From NCBI GenBank assembly GCA_965208615.1, contig CBDBPB010000001.1, forward strand, positions 192,001 through 256,000: DNA of 64,000 bases. The letters run 5' to 3'. The stretch is from Spirochaetota bacterium. Its GTDB lineage: Bacteria; Spirochaetota; UBA6919; CBDBPB01. Shown piece after piece: positions 1 to 11,169 of the stretch. The translations under genes were made by a program, and so were the position numbers. Position 1 is the first letter of the stretch, and every line of letters begins with the position of its first letter. Under the pieces are notes generated by a model, which saw only the letters and a list, made by a program, of their open reading frames with translations, did not search any database and was not told where the DNA came from.

Positions 1-41
1 AAATCTAATAAATATCTAAAGGACTTTTAATAAGTATGTCG

Positions 42-1370
42 TTAAAAAACGACCTTTGTATATATAGTAAGGCTAGATAAGTTAGAAATAGGACTATTAG
101 ATGCACCCTCAATAGTAAGACCCTTTTTATAAGAAATACCAACTTCAACATTATTCGTTATACTATAAAAAGCTTCAATGGAAAATATAGTATCTATACG
201 CTTTATATTAGCAAAATCTTTAATGTCAGAAATGTTATAAATATCATACTTAAAAGTAATATTAAGACGCTCTACTAGCTCATGCAGATAAAATCCAAAA
301 AATAAATGCGGACTATAAGATCCATTAAAAACATGCTCATAAGCAACTATTACAGCCATTTTATTACGAAAAAAGAACCTCGATAACTCTATATAAAAAC
401 CCATATCAGCAGACTCATTCATAATAGAATCCACCTTAAAATAACGATCCCCGTCATAAATAGAGTTGAAATATGACGGCATGAAAGAATCAAAAAAATG
501 ACGAAACTGAAACTTATAATTTATCTTGGCCGAACTAGGTGCTATAACACCAATAATACCATAACCAATAGCATATCCACTAATAGACTTACCCTTAACA
601 ATAGCCGCAAACTCACTATACAATCCAAACTTCATATACGGATGATCAACAAAAGTTATTCCTAAATCTGTACCAAAAACAGTAACAGGATCAATCTGAC
701 CACTGGCTCTAACTATTTTATGATCATGATTCGACTCAACCTTTATTATATCCCTTGTCTTAGGACTAATATCACTAACAGCAGTTATACCAATATCAAT
801 GGAAGCTAAAATACCAGATTCCATATCAAAAAGCTTTCCTATATTTATTGAAAACCTACCACCCAAAACACTATAAGTGGATATATCCCCAAGTATTCCC
901 TGTAGTTCAAAACCCTTATACGAAAAAGAAAACCTTAATCCTAACTTTCTTATCTCTGGAAAAAATAAATTGTTGGAATAACGTAAAAGAATTAAACCAT
1001 ATCCTAGTGTATAGTCCTCTATTGGACTAATCTTAAAAACAAATATATCCTTACCCGGTATGCCATATTGAATATAGTATATCTTACCCGCTATAGATTG
1101 CAGGCTATTATATGATATAGTTCTAAGCTTTTTAGCAAAATTAAGAGCCACAGGAAAATAAAATCCAAAACCAAAATTAATCTCACCAAAAGTAAACTCT
1201 GGTATAGCCACAAGTTGAATAAAAGGTTCATGGTTTATAATACTATAATTTAACTCAACAGTACCGTTAAACTGAAAAAACTTATTACTCTCCCTAAGAC
1301 CATAGGGCTTAGAAAAAAGATTATCAGCCGTAAATAATAAAAAAATTATAATAATTATCCTGTAAATCAA
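42..1370 (-). CDS. Exported protein, probable outer-membrane beta-barrel
   Basis: 442-aa ORF with N-terminal signal peptide, alternating aromatic/hydrophobic strands and C-terminal YTKVVF beta-signal; GGAG RBS before TTG start. Confidence 0.6.
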   Translation of the reverse strand: MIYRIIIIIFLLFTADNLFSKPYGLRESNKFFQFNGTVELNYSIINHEPFIQLVAIPEFTFGEINFGFGFYFPVALNFAKKLRTISYNSLQSIAGKIYYIQYGIPGKDIFVFKISPIEDYTLGYGLILLRYSNNLFFPEIRKLGLRFSFSYKGFELQGILGDISTYSVLGGRFSINIGKLFDMESGILASIDIGITAVSDISPKTRDIIKVESNHDHKIVRASGQIDPVTVFGTDLGITFVDHPYMKFGLYSEFAAIVKGKSISGYAIGYGIIGVIAPSSAKINYKFQFRHFFDSFMPSYFNSIYDGDRYFKVDSIMNESADMGFYIELSRFFFRNKMAVIVAYEHVFNGSYSPHLFFGFYLHELVERLNITFKYDIYNISDIKDFANIKRIDTIFSIEAFYSITNNVEVGISYKKGLTIEGASNSPISNLSSLTIYTKVVF

Positions 1371-1737
1371 ACCTTACTCCAAAACAACAAAAGTAATTAA
1401 TTGTTAATAAAGTCTTTTTTAATAAGTCAAGCTAAAAGTATACTTCCAATAGTAATATAATATACCTAGTATTTTGGAAATAACAATTTTCAAATTTTTA
1501 TTTTTAATTGATATTTATTATTAAAAATCATAACTACTACCAAAATACCTTTCCATTATATTTAGGCATGAACATTCATAATAGCTAAAACCTATAATTA
1601 CATTTAATATATAAAATAACTAAATTAATATATCCAAGTGTTTATATATACAACAGCATACTATTAAGTTCAGCTTATAATTACTATAGGAAGTTTATTC
1701 ACTTCATAATATTTATAATTACACTGGGAGGTGTAGA

Positions 1738-2508
1738 ATGAGTAAATATATTAAATATTTAGTGCCAACATTAATTATAGTTTTTGCTGGCTACTTCTTC
1801 GCAGACCATATTCAAAGTGATGAATTTGCTGTCACCGAAGGGGATCACGGTGTGGGACATGTCGCAAAACGTGACTTTAAACTCACTGTAAGCCTCGACT
1901 ATGCAAAAAAAAAGGTAGGAAAAGGATATCTGCAAAGTGAGATAAACTTTATAACCGATGATAAACTCGAAGGCGTTGTACCAGTAAGCAATACTCAAGA
2001 AGTCTCAGGAAAACAACCATTCTCAATCAATATAGATAACCACTCCATGAATAAAAAACTATATTTTTATGTCTTCCACGCTAACAATAAAAATCGTATA
2101 AAAACCCTCTTTCCTAATAAAAAACGTGGACTATGGAATCCAGTATATCAAGGATCAAACTATAGTATACCATACAACAAAAAATGGCTTAAGTTCTCAA
2201 AAAATAGGGGAGTAGAAAAGTTCTACTTCTTTGTATCAAAAAAGAAAATAAAAACTTTTAGAAAAAAACCAACTAAAAGAATCCTCGACTCAAAAACTAA
2301 AAGATTTAATAAAGCCTATCTAGCCGTCATAAATAAAAGAAAACAAATTAAAAATAATAAAATTAATCCAGTTATGGTTTGGTTCAAGCGTGCCTATGCA
2401 ACAAAAATCGTAATAATTAATAAAGGTAAAAGAATTAAAACTCCTAATTATCTAAAAAGAAAAGCTAAATTTGAAATGCTAAAAAGCAAAATTAAAGTTA
2501 TAAAATAA
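1738..2508 (+). CDS. DUF4384-like domain protein, exported or membrane-anchored
   Basis: N-terminal hydrophobic segment; YFYVFH..IKTLFPN..YSIP..WLKF..GVEKFYFFVS pattern typical of DUF4384; GGAGG RBS. Confidence 0.65.
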   Translation: MSKYIKYLVPTLIIVFAGYFFADHIQSDEFAVTEGDHGVGHVAKRDFKLTVSLDYAKKKVGKGYLQSEINFITDDKLEGVVPVSNTQEVSGKQPFSINIDNHSMNKKLYFYVFHANNKNRIKTLFPNKKRGLWNPVYQGSNYSIPYNKKWLKFSKNRGVEKFYFFVSKKKIKTFRKKPTKRILDSKTKRFNKAYLAVINKRKQIKNNKINPVMVWFKRAYATKIVIINKGKRIKTPNYLKRKAKFEMLKSKIKVIK

Positions 2509-2530
2509 TCAAAAAGAGAAGCCCATATTT

Positions 2531-5124
2531 ATGAAAAAAAAACTGTTTGGAAGTATAGCTATAGAACCTTTAACAGTAATAATATTGGGCTTTTTTTTGT
2601 CCTTTATATATGCTATGGGAGGGTTCAGGCATTATGAAAACATCTTCTCGGATATTATATCCACATGGATGGTAAACGAAGAAGATGCAGGTAATAATAT
2701 TGTATATGCAATGACAAGTCAACGCTGTCTGAATGAAGGAGAAAAATATTATAACATGGGATGGCCTTGGAAAAGAGAAAGTTATGCAAAAATAACTAAT
2801 TATCTTTATAAGAGCGGTGCAAAACTTGTTGTGTATGACTCAATCTATACAGAAAGATCCCGTTATACTTATACATGGGAAAAAAATAAAGAGTTTACTA
2901 AACTATTAAAAAAAATCACTAATAACATCCAAAATCCTAAAACTGTAAAAAACCTTAAAACATTAACTAAAACATACATAAACAACTATATGGGCAAAAA
3001 TGATGATAACACTTTTGCCAAAACTATGACTAATACCAATAATGTAATCCTTGGAGTCATGTTTAATACTAGCAAAAATGACATAATGACAGATGTACAA
3101 AGAAAAATTAACGAATTTGATAAAAAGTACTCCACAAAAAAACTCAGAGCCATGTTATCCAAACGAAATAAGAACGTTGATCTATCAACAAAAGATCGTG
3201 CTTACCTCATTCAAATGGTAAAGCAGATATTCTTAACCAACTTTGAAAACCTTTATAAAAGAAAAACTCTCCCTTTAATCCAAAAGTTTGCCCTGTCCAT
3301 CAAAAAGCTATCCGATAAAAACCTTATCCCAAACTATTATAACGCATCCCCCTCCTATAGGCTTATATACAAAGTCTGCTAAAGATATTGGCAGTATTGA
3401 AGCTCCTATAGATATAGACGGTAAAATACGGAGGATACCTTTAATCCTTAAATTTTATGATAAATATTATTCTTCCTTAGCCTTTTCCGCCATTCATTAA
3501 TTATTACAACAACAAAAATATAACTATTGCACAAGACCATATAAAAATAGGAGATCAGAAGATTAATCTAACCAATAAGGGATATTTTAGACTAAAGTAT
3601 TACGGAACAAGGCATATTTATAAAAACTACTACCACATAGATATTATGAGGATATATGATCACATAAACCAAATCTATGATATTTATTCTAAGCTAAATA
3701 TAAAAAACCCCATAAAAAAAGAACTATTATTTAAAGACTCAAAGTATATAATGCAGGTTAGAAAAGAAGTTCAAAAGGTTATAACCAGATATAGTAAAAG
3801 AACTACCTAATAAAATTATTAGTCTTTCTCCACCTGAGGCATTTAATGGTAAGATAGTTTTAATAGGTGCTACTGCGGCGGGTATGCTGGATATACGCTC
3901 CACTCCCTTTAGCTCTATAGAAGCAGGAGCCCATATTCACGGTACGGCTATTGATAATATTCTTCAAAATGACATATTAGTCGAAGTTAGAGAAAACCTA
4001 TTACTTATAGCCATAGTATTTATACTTCCCCTATTAACTTACTTATTGATAAAGAGATTAGCCGTAATATTAGGGGCTATTATAACTCTTGTATTTGTTG
4101 GTGGAGTTTTTATATTTTCCATTATAATGTTTAAGTATGCTAATACAATAGTTGATAGTCTTACTCTAATATTTTCTATTTTAATAACATATCCAATTAT
4201 CACCGGAATAAACTATTTTAAAGAAAATAAACAAAAAAAGTATATACAAGGTGCATTTGGACATTATCTATCCCCTAAGATAATAGAAATTATTATTAAT
4301 GATCCCGCTAAATTGAAGTTAGGCGGCGAAGAAAGAGATATTACTGCATTTTTTTCCGACGTTGAAAGATTTTCTACTATATCAGAATCCCTTAATCCTA
4401 CTGAACTGGTTACACTCCCTAAACGAATACCTAACCGAAATGTGCGATACAATTGCTAAGTATGACGGGGTGATAGACAAATTTGAAGGTGATGCTCTTA
4501 TTGCATTTTGGGGTGCTCCTTTAGCTCAGCCAGAACATGGCAAAATTAGGATGTCTTGCCGCTATAGAGATGCAGGAAAAAATGATTGAACTTAGAAAAA
4601 TATGGGCTAGCCAAAAACAACATGAACTTAAAATAAGAATAGGTATGAACTCTGGTCCTGCGATTATAGGGAATATGGGATCAAAACAAAGAGTGGACTA
4701 TACCATGCTCGGGGATACTGTTAATCTTGCGGCTATAGATTAGAAGGAGCTAATAAATTTTATAACTCATACACAATGATATCCGAGTCAACATATTTAA
4801 AAGCTAAAGATTTTATAGACGTTCGTAAATTAGATAAAGTTAGAGTAGTAGGTAAAAAACGAATCTGTGGTAATTTATGAATTATTAGCTAAAAAGAACG
4901 AAACCAAAAGCTATTTAGCTAATGCAGTTGAACTATACTCAAAAGGATTACACTTATACCAAAAAAGACAGTTCAAAGAAGCACTAAGATTTTTTAAAGC
5001 CATTTTAAAGTTAATCCCTCATGACGGACCCTCCAATACCTACATTCAAAGATGTAACTACTATATAGATAATCCTCCTCCTAAAGACTGGGACGGCGTA
5101 TATACACTAACATCAAAGGGCTAA
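2531..5124 (+). pseudogene. CHASE2-domain class III adenylate cyclase with C-terminal TPR-like tail, split by about 7 frameshifts (probably assembly errors)
   Basis: Collinear fragments give WPWKR and DIDGKIRR (CHASE2), GAHIHG, three TM helices, FFSDV, DKFEGDA, GDTVNLAA(R)LEG and PPPKDWDGVY; each break is repaired by removing 1-2 duplicated bases. Confidence 0.85.
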
Positions 5125-5414
5125 ATATTTAACTAAATAGTATTAAGTATAGAAAGTTTAACTTTTTTTTAATTTTTTAGCTAAGCCTTTCTTTCTATTA
5201 TACTATCCCTAAAAATATTAGCAAACTATCTGGTTATATAATAAAGAAATAGTACATAATATTGACTATAATTACTAACCCTAATTCAATTTTTATAGCT
5301 AATCTATATGCTCCAACTTAAAGAATGAACTCTAGTAAATCGAGAAACTATTATGAGTATAATTAATTTATACAAGTATCTCATATAATGGCATAAAGTT
5401 AAGAGGAATTAGGA

Positions 5415-6089
5415 GTGCTGAAAAATAATAATACCGTATTCTTAACCGAACCTAAAACATACTATAAACTTGGAATATGGTATCTAAATAAAAAACAGTA
5501 TAGTAAGGCTTTACAATACTTAAAAAAAACAACTGAGTTGGAACCTAATCATATTGAGGCTAATGATAATTTAGCAAAAATATATTTAGCATTTAACGAT
5601 CCAAACTTAGCATTAGAGTATTATGAAAAAATAGCTTTAATTAAAAAAAATGACTGGGATACCAAAAAAACCCTACTAGAGCTATACCTAAAAGAAAAGC
5701 AGTATGATAAGGCTTCTAATCTGCTTAAATTGAGGCTCCATTGGGTTAAAGGCGATCTTAACTGGAAAAGACGTTTTTTTGGTACTATAAAAAAAGATAA
5801 AAAAACTAAAGATGATTATATCCGTACACTTTTTCAGCTTACATATACCCTAAGAGAAAAAGAAAAATATTATATGGCGTTAAAATACGGAAAACTCCTT
5901 GCTAAAAAAAAGAATGATAGTATATCACATTATCTTTTGGCAACAATATATGAAGCTATTAACGATTATGACATGGCTCAAAAAGAGTTTTCTTATATTG
6001 TTCAATATCATAATCCCACATCCTATAAGTTTTATGAGCATATTTATATAGGGTTTAAGGAAAATCTAATAATAGATAAGGCTAAATAA
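5415..6089 (+). CDS. Tetratricopeptide repeat protein
   Basis: YYKLG..A..YLKK..ELEPNH.EA..NLA TPR consensus repeats. Confidence 0.75.
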   Translation: MLKNNNTVFLTEPKTYYKLGIWYLNKKQYSKALQYLKKTTELEPNHIEANDNLAKIYLAFNDPNLALEYYEKIALIKKNDWDTKKTLLELYLKEKQYDKASNLLKLRLHWVKGDLNWKRRFFGTIKKDKKTKDDYIRTLFQLTYTLREKEKYYMALKYGKLLAKKKNDSISHYLLATIYEAINDYDMAQKEFSYIVQYHNPTSYKFYEHIYIGFKENLIIDKAK

Positions 6090-6737
6090 TTATCTCTTTT
6101 TTATATTAAGCACCTTCCAAGATAGATGTCCAGGTTTATATTTATCCATTTTTGATATCCAGGAAATAACCTTTCTATCAAAGGGGGGAATATTAAAAAA
6201 AGTCAAATAAATATATTCTCCTTTATTAATGGTAACATTTTTTGCTTTGTTAAAGTATATGGCATATTCTGTTAGGAGTATGTCATCATTACACTTATTA
6301 CCCGCATATAAATACCATTCCATTTTTTCTTTTTCGCCATTTTTCTCCATCCATATTTCTATACACTTATTAATCCTCTTTAGCTTAAATCTCTTTCTAT
6401 ATACGGAATAAGGAGAGTATGCCTCATTGGATGACTTTTCTGCCATTATATCATAGTGTTTTTGTTTAGTTATTCTTTTTTTATTAGGTTTTTTATTATT
6501 TTTAGTTTTTGTTTTTGTTTTTGTTTTTGTTTTTGTTTTTTTATTATCTGTGGATAGTTTTTTTATTTTTTTATCATCTATCGTAGGCGGCTTTTTTGTT
6601 ACTTTATCATCTTTAGTTTTAATAGTTTCAGTTTTTTTTATATTTCTATCTTCTTTTTTGCTGTCCACTCCAGAACTCTGACAGGTAACTATACTAAGGA
6701 CTATTAATATAAGAGTCCAGTTTTTATAATGGATCAT
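6090..6737 (-). CDS. Hypothetical lipoprotein with Lys/Thr-rich linker
   Basis: Signal peptide ending IVTC (lipobox-like); KTKTKT tract; GGAGG RBS. Confidence 0.6.
   Translation of the reverse strand: MIHYKNWTLILIVLSIVTCQSSGVDSKKEDRNIKKTETIKTKDDKVTKKPPTIDDKKIKKLSTDNKKTKTKTKTKTKTKNNKKPNKKRITKQKHYDIMAEKSSNEAYSPYSVYRKRFKLKRINKCIEIWMEKNGEKEKMEWYLYAGNKCNDDILLTEYAIYFNKAKNVTINKGEYIYLTFFNIPPFDRKVISWISKMDKYKPGHLSWKVLNIKKR
6505..6540. repeat. In-frame hexanucleotide tandem repeat (GTTTTT)x6 encoding KT repeats
   Basis: Read directly from sequence. Confidence 0.9.
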
Positions 6738-6805
6738 AAGTCCTCCAGGTTGTTCGGCTTAGTTTAGATACACACTCTATACGCTAAAGTAGTACTACTT
6801 AATAT

Positions 6806-7849
6806 TTAACAACAAGCACCACCCACATTATCCAATAGCTGTCCATTAGGAGAAGAACAGTCAAAAGGCCCATAATGAATAGACCTATCCCCAACTATAT
6901 TAAAATATTTTGTAAACCTAGTTTCATGAAGCATAGAAGCTGTATTACCACATACCAACATAGGCTTACCAGTGATAAATCTATGGTGATCATCTAAGTC
7001 AAAAAAATGTGGACAGTTATCTATTAAACCATTATAGGTAGCAACTTGTCCATAGTCCTCACAAATATCCTCAAGATTAACAAGATTAAATACCCTTATA
7101 GTCATGGAATAAAAATCAATCATACCTATTTTATCTTCAATCTCCTTATTGTTAAGAGAAAGCCTTGTACTAGATATTACACGATGATCAGGACAGCCTA
7201 AATCCATAAGTAAACGTCTAAAATCCTCTGTATACATAGCTCCAGAAAGACATTCCCCATATAAAACAGGATCATCACAATACTCTTTTGGAATCCGCCT
7301 ACCACTAAAAATATCAGAAAAGTATAACTCTCCTCCAGGCTTTAAAACACGAAATATCTCTTTAAAAGCCTCTTTTTTATCATAAGAAAGATTTAATACA
7401 CAATTGGATATAACCACATCAACTGAATTATCCTCAATACCAATAGACCTTAAATCTTCAATATATCCTTTTTTAAAAGTAACATTAGGCTTTTTAAATC
7501 CAAAACGCTTTGTCTGAAGGTCTAAATACTTATTAGCCACAGCCAATTGTTCATCTGTCATATCCACCCCAATAACATGACCACTCTCACCAACTAACTT
7601 AGAAATAATATAAACATCTCTACCAGTTCCACAACCAAGATCAAGAACAACTCTTCCATCTAATACATCGGGTATAGGTGAACCACAACCATAAAACTTA
7701 TCCAATACCTCTCTCTCTATATTCGATAGAATATTACGAATATGTAAAGGAAAACCATCGCTAGAACAACATGCACTGGTCTTAAGCTCTTCTTTGTTTT
7801 TAAGTATTTTTCCATAATATTCTTTTATATCTTCCCTAATTTTACTCAT
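6806..7849 (-). CDS. arsM: Arsenite S-adenosylmethionine methyltransferase (ArsM/AS3MT type)
   Basis: KTSACC, KFYGCGSP, LDLGCGTGRD (SAM motif), SNCV, GECLSGA and C-terminal CC; the conserved ArsM cysteines are present. Confidence 0.9.
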   Translation of the reverse strand: MSKIREDIKEYYGKILKNKEELKTSACCSSDGFPLHIRNILSNIEREVLDKFYGCGSPIPDVLDGRVVLDLGCGTGRDVYIISKLVGESGHVIGVDMTDEQLAVANKYLDLQTKRFGFKKPNVTFKKGYIEDLRSIGIEDNSVDVVISNCVLNLSYDKKEAFKEIFRVLKPGGELYFSDIFSGRRIPKEYCDDPVLYGECLSGAMYTEDFRRLLMDLGCPDHRVISSTRLSLNNKEIEDKIGMIDFYSMTIRVFNLVNLEDICEDYGQVATYNGLIDNCPHFFDLDDHHRFITGKPMLVCGNTASMLHETRFTKYFNIVGDRSIHYGPFDCSSPNGQLLDNVGGACC

Positions 7850-7899
7850 ATTGTACTCCTAACTTATTTTAAAATAATTCTCTTTGCAAAATATATAGC

Positions 7900-8700
7900 C
7901 TAATTAGCCTTTTTACCCAACATTAGAGGATGAATAGCCTTAGTAAATAAAATAGAAGCTAATACTCCACCAACTAATGGACCCAATACATATACACTCA
8001 AAAAACCATAATGATTATCAGGAAATGATGCACTGCCCCATCCAGCTAAATATGAAAATAGTCTAGGGGACAAATCTCTAGCGGGATTAATACCAGCTTG
8101 AGTTAAAGGGGCTATAACACAAATAATAATAGATACAGTAAGGCCTATAAACAAAGGTGCAATTGAATTATCAGGCCTACCAACATTACAGCATTCTGTT
8201 AAATTAAAAATTAATGCCACCAAAACAAAAGTACCAATAGCCTCAGCCAAAAAGGCATTCAAAGTTGATACAACAGCTGAACTACCAGGATTAGGATAAA
8301 ACTCCCCAAACATCATAGCAGTCTTAACAGAATCTGGAGTCCCTCTAATAATTCCATTTTGAAGCTCATACTGAGCAATTGAATCAGCAAAAAGAACATA
8401 AAGTATTGCCGATGCAATAAAAGCACCTATAAACTGTCCCAAAAAATATATAGGGAGTAATTTAATAGGCATTCTCCCACTAGTTACCATAGCCAAAGTT
8501 ACCGCAGGATTAAGATGTGCACATGATAAATGTCTGGTAGAATAAATAGCAAGGGCAACACCTACACCCCAAATAGCAGCAACCTGAAAAAGACCTACAT
8601 GAGCAGAAAATAAAACAGATACCACTACTGAACCACATCCAAAAAATACTAAAATAAACGTTCCTATTAGCTCTCCCATAAGGTCATTTAGGTGCTTCAT
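7900..8700 (-). CDS. MIP family aquaglyceroporin (GlpF/AqpS-like)
   Basis: HLNPAVT and GINPARD motifs, six TM helices; likely ATG at 8700 with GGAG RBS; 50 bp upstream of arsM on the same strand. Confidence 0.9.
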   Translation of the reverse strand: MKHLNDLMGELIGTFILVFFGCGSVVVSVLFSAHVGLFQVAAIWGVGVALAIYSTRHLSCAHLNPAVTLAMVTSGRMPIKLLPIYFLGQFIGAFIASAILYVLFADSIAQYELQNGIIRGTPDSVKTAMMFGEFYPNPGSSAVVSTLNAFLAEAIGTFVLVALIFNLTECCNVGRPDNSIAPLFIGLTVSIIICVIAPLTQAGINPARDLSPRLFSYLAGWGSASFPDNHYGFLSVYVLGPLVGGVLASILFTKAIHPLMLGKKAN

Positions 8701-9035
8701 ACTAATATTTCTCCACAATTAAAAACTAACTTATATATACTTTATAAAAAAGTAAATAACGTTATCTTTAATTAGGATAAAATGTAAATAATTTATCTAA
8801 AAAATCAAGAATAAATTATAAACATAAAGAAATTATTAATCAATAAGCTATATCATAAGCGGTGCTATTTATAAATATATCTACTAATAATAAGCATAAT
8901 AACCAATACTAAAACTTTTATTATAAATTATACTATCCCATAACTAATAAAAATATATACATAATAAACCTATTTAATATACTTGTCATTATATGTTTTT
9001 TATATTAAATAGGCTATAATATATATAAGCAAAAA

Positions 9036-10949
9036 CTAATCCTTTAGCATAAGATCATATAATCGCTGATTAAACTTATTAGGATCAGGTATCTTACTAC
9101 CTTCATTGATTAAAGCTTGATCATAAAGAAGTTCAGCGTAATCCTTTAACTTAGGATCATTATTATCCTTGTCAAAAAGAGTGTGCATTTTCTCAATAAC
9201 ATTATGAGAGGGATTAATCTCTAATATACGCTTTGTTTTTGGAAGTTCTTTATTGTATGATCGCATAATCTTTTCGAGATGAACACTCATATCCTGCTCA
9301 TCGGATATTAAACAACAAGCACTAGACCGTAATCTATCAGATAAGCGTACTTCTTTTATATGTTCTTCTAGTGTTTTTTGAACGAACTCGATTACAGACT
9401 TAAACTCTTTCTTTTTATTTTCAAGCTCTTCTTTTTTTCCTAAGTCTATATCGCCTTTTAAAATGTTCTTAAGCTTTTTTTCTTTGTAGTCAAAAACATG
9501 CTGGGATAATATTTCATCAATAGGCTCTACAAAATATAATACCTCATAACCTTTTTCCTTAAAAACCTCAAGATGAGATGCTCTAGATACATCACTTTTC
9601 GTTTCCCCTGTAATATAGTATATTTCCTTTTGATCATCAGCCATATTTCTTATATAGTCATCCAGGGATATAAACTCGTTGTCTGTAGTCTTAGTTGACT
9701 GATACAATAAAAGACCTAATATTTTCTCTTTATTTTCAAGGTCGGAATAAACGCCCTCTTTTAAGATAGTACCCAGTTCTTTGTAAAACTCTTTATATTT
9801 ATCAAATTCTTTATTTTTTAAGTCTACTAAGGTATTTAAGACCTTGCTAATAAGGTTTTTTTTGATAGTCTTTAGTATACGGTTATTTTGTAATGTTTCT
9901 CTTGATATATTTAATGGTAGATCGCTTGAGTCTACTACACCGCTTACAAATCTCAAGTATTGTGGTAGGAGTGCTTCATTATTTTTTGTAATGAATACTC
10001 TTTTTACGTATAAGTGAATATTATTTTTTGGTATATCCCCAACAAGCATATTAAACGGACGACGGGCTGGAATATATATTAATGCCATAAACTCAGTTGC
10101 ACCCTCAACTTTATAATGCATATTCATTAGAGGCTCGGTAAAGTCGTTGGATAAATGCTTATAAAAATCGTTATACTCCTCGTCTTTTAACTCATCCTTA
10201 CTTTTAAGCCAAATTGCCTTTTGACTGTTTAGAGTCTCCTCTTCTATTTTTTTAATTGGCTCGGCATCCTTCTTTATCTCTCCCTTATCATCTTTGGGAT
10301 AATCAGTACGCTCAACATCCATAGCAATAGGGAACTCTATATAATCAGAATACCTTTTTACGATTTCCCTAATCTTATATTCTTCTAGGAAGTCTTTTTC
10401 ATCCTCTTTTAAATGAAGGATAACATCAGTACCCCTAGTATCTTTATTTATATTATCAAGGGTATACTCATCCTCGCCAACAGCCTCCCATATTATTCCA
10501 GAAGACTTATCCCCAGCTTTTCTGCTTATAACAGTAACCTTATCAGCTACCATAAATGCTGAATAAAATCCCACACCAAATTGACCAATCATCTCAGGAT
10601 GATCTTTTAAATCTTTACTATGTTTTACTATCTCCATAAAAGCCTGTGTACCAGACTTAGCTATAGTACCAATATTATCTATTACCTCTTCTTCATTCAT
10701 ACCTATACCATTATCAGAAATGGTTAAGGTATTTTTATCTTTGTCAGATATAATTTTAATCTTCCAGTCTCCATTATCTTCTAAAATGCTTGAATCGGTT
10801 AAGGAGTCAAACCTTGCCTTATCGATAGCATCAGACGCATTAGATATTAATTCTCTTAAAAAGATATCCCTATTAGAGTATAAAGAATGGGTAACTAAAT
10901 GTAGAACTTTTTGAGTCTCTGCCTTGAACTTTAAGTTTCTTACAGCCAT
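9036..10949 (-). CDS. htpG: Chaperone HtpG (Hsp90)
   Basis: FLRELISNASDA, DNGIGM, IGQFGVGFYSAF and LNISRE motifs. Confidence 0.97.
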   Translation of the reverse strand: MAVRNLKFKAETQKVLHLVTHSLYSNRDIFLRELISNASDAIDKARFDSLTDSSILEDNGDWKIKIISDKDKNTLTISDNGIGMNEEEVIDNIGTIAKSGTQAFMEIVKHSKDLKDHPEMIGQFGVGFYSAFMVADKVTVISRKAGDKSSGIIWEAVGEDEYTLDNINKDTRGTDVILHLKEDEKDFLEEYKIREIVKRYSDYIEFPIAMDVERTDYPKDDKGEIKKDAEPIKKIEEETLNSQKAIWLKSKDELKDEEYNDFYKHLSNDFTEPLMNMHYKVEGATEFMALIYIPARRPFNMLVGDIPKNNIHLYVKRVFITKNNEALLPQYLRFVSGVVDSSDLPLNISRETLQNNRILKTIKKNLISKVLNTLVDLKNKEFDKYKEFYKELGTILKEGVYSDLENKEKILGLLLYQSTKTTDNEFISLDDYIRNMADDQKEIYYITGETKSDVSRASHLEVFKEKGYEVLYFVEPIDEILSQHVFDYKEKKLKNILKGDIDLGKKEELENKKKEFKSVIEFVQKTLEEHIKEVRLSDRLRSSACCLISDEQDMSVHLEKIMRSYNKELPKTKRILEINPSHNVIEKMHTLFDKDNNDPKLKDYAELLYDQALINEGSKIPDPNKFNQRLYDLMLKD

Positions 10950-11143
10950 TATAAACCTTCCTAATTTATTATATTATAAGCTAATAAGTTTATTAGCAAC
11001 AAGTTATTATTATACAAATCAGCTTTAACATTATTCCTATCTTAACGTTAAAACATTATGAATATATATAAATAAAAAGAAAAGTAAAAACTGTCAATAG
11101 GAAAAAGCTAATAAACTAGCTCTTCCTAACTAAACATTATATA

Positions 11144-11164
11144 AAGGGTGGATTAGCCACCCTT
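11144..11164 (-). terminator. Probable intrinsic terminator after the hsp20 pair
   Basis: AAGGGTGG / CCACCCTT 8-bp stem with 5-nt loop, just after the stop codon at 11170. Confidence 0.65.
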
Positions 11165-11169
11165 ATATA

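Noticed and set aside
2531-5124. Stop-codon reassignment or selenocysteine read-through explaining the broken genes
   Set aside because: The breaks are frame changes rather than in-frame stops, and TAA, TAG and TGA all terminate intact genes here (ppc, htpG, uvrC).
8719-9035. ArsR operator or hidden arsR upstream of the MIP-arsM pair
   Set aside because: Very AT-rich spacer with no convincing inverted repeat or ORF.
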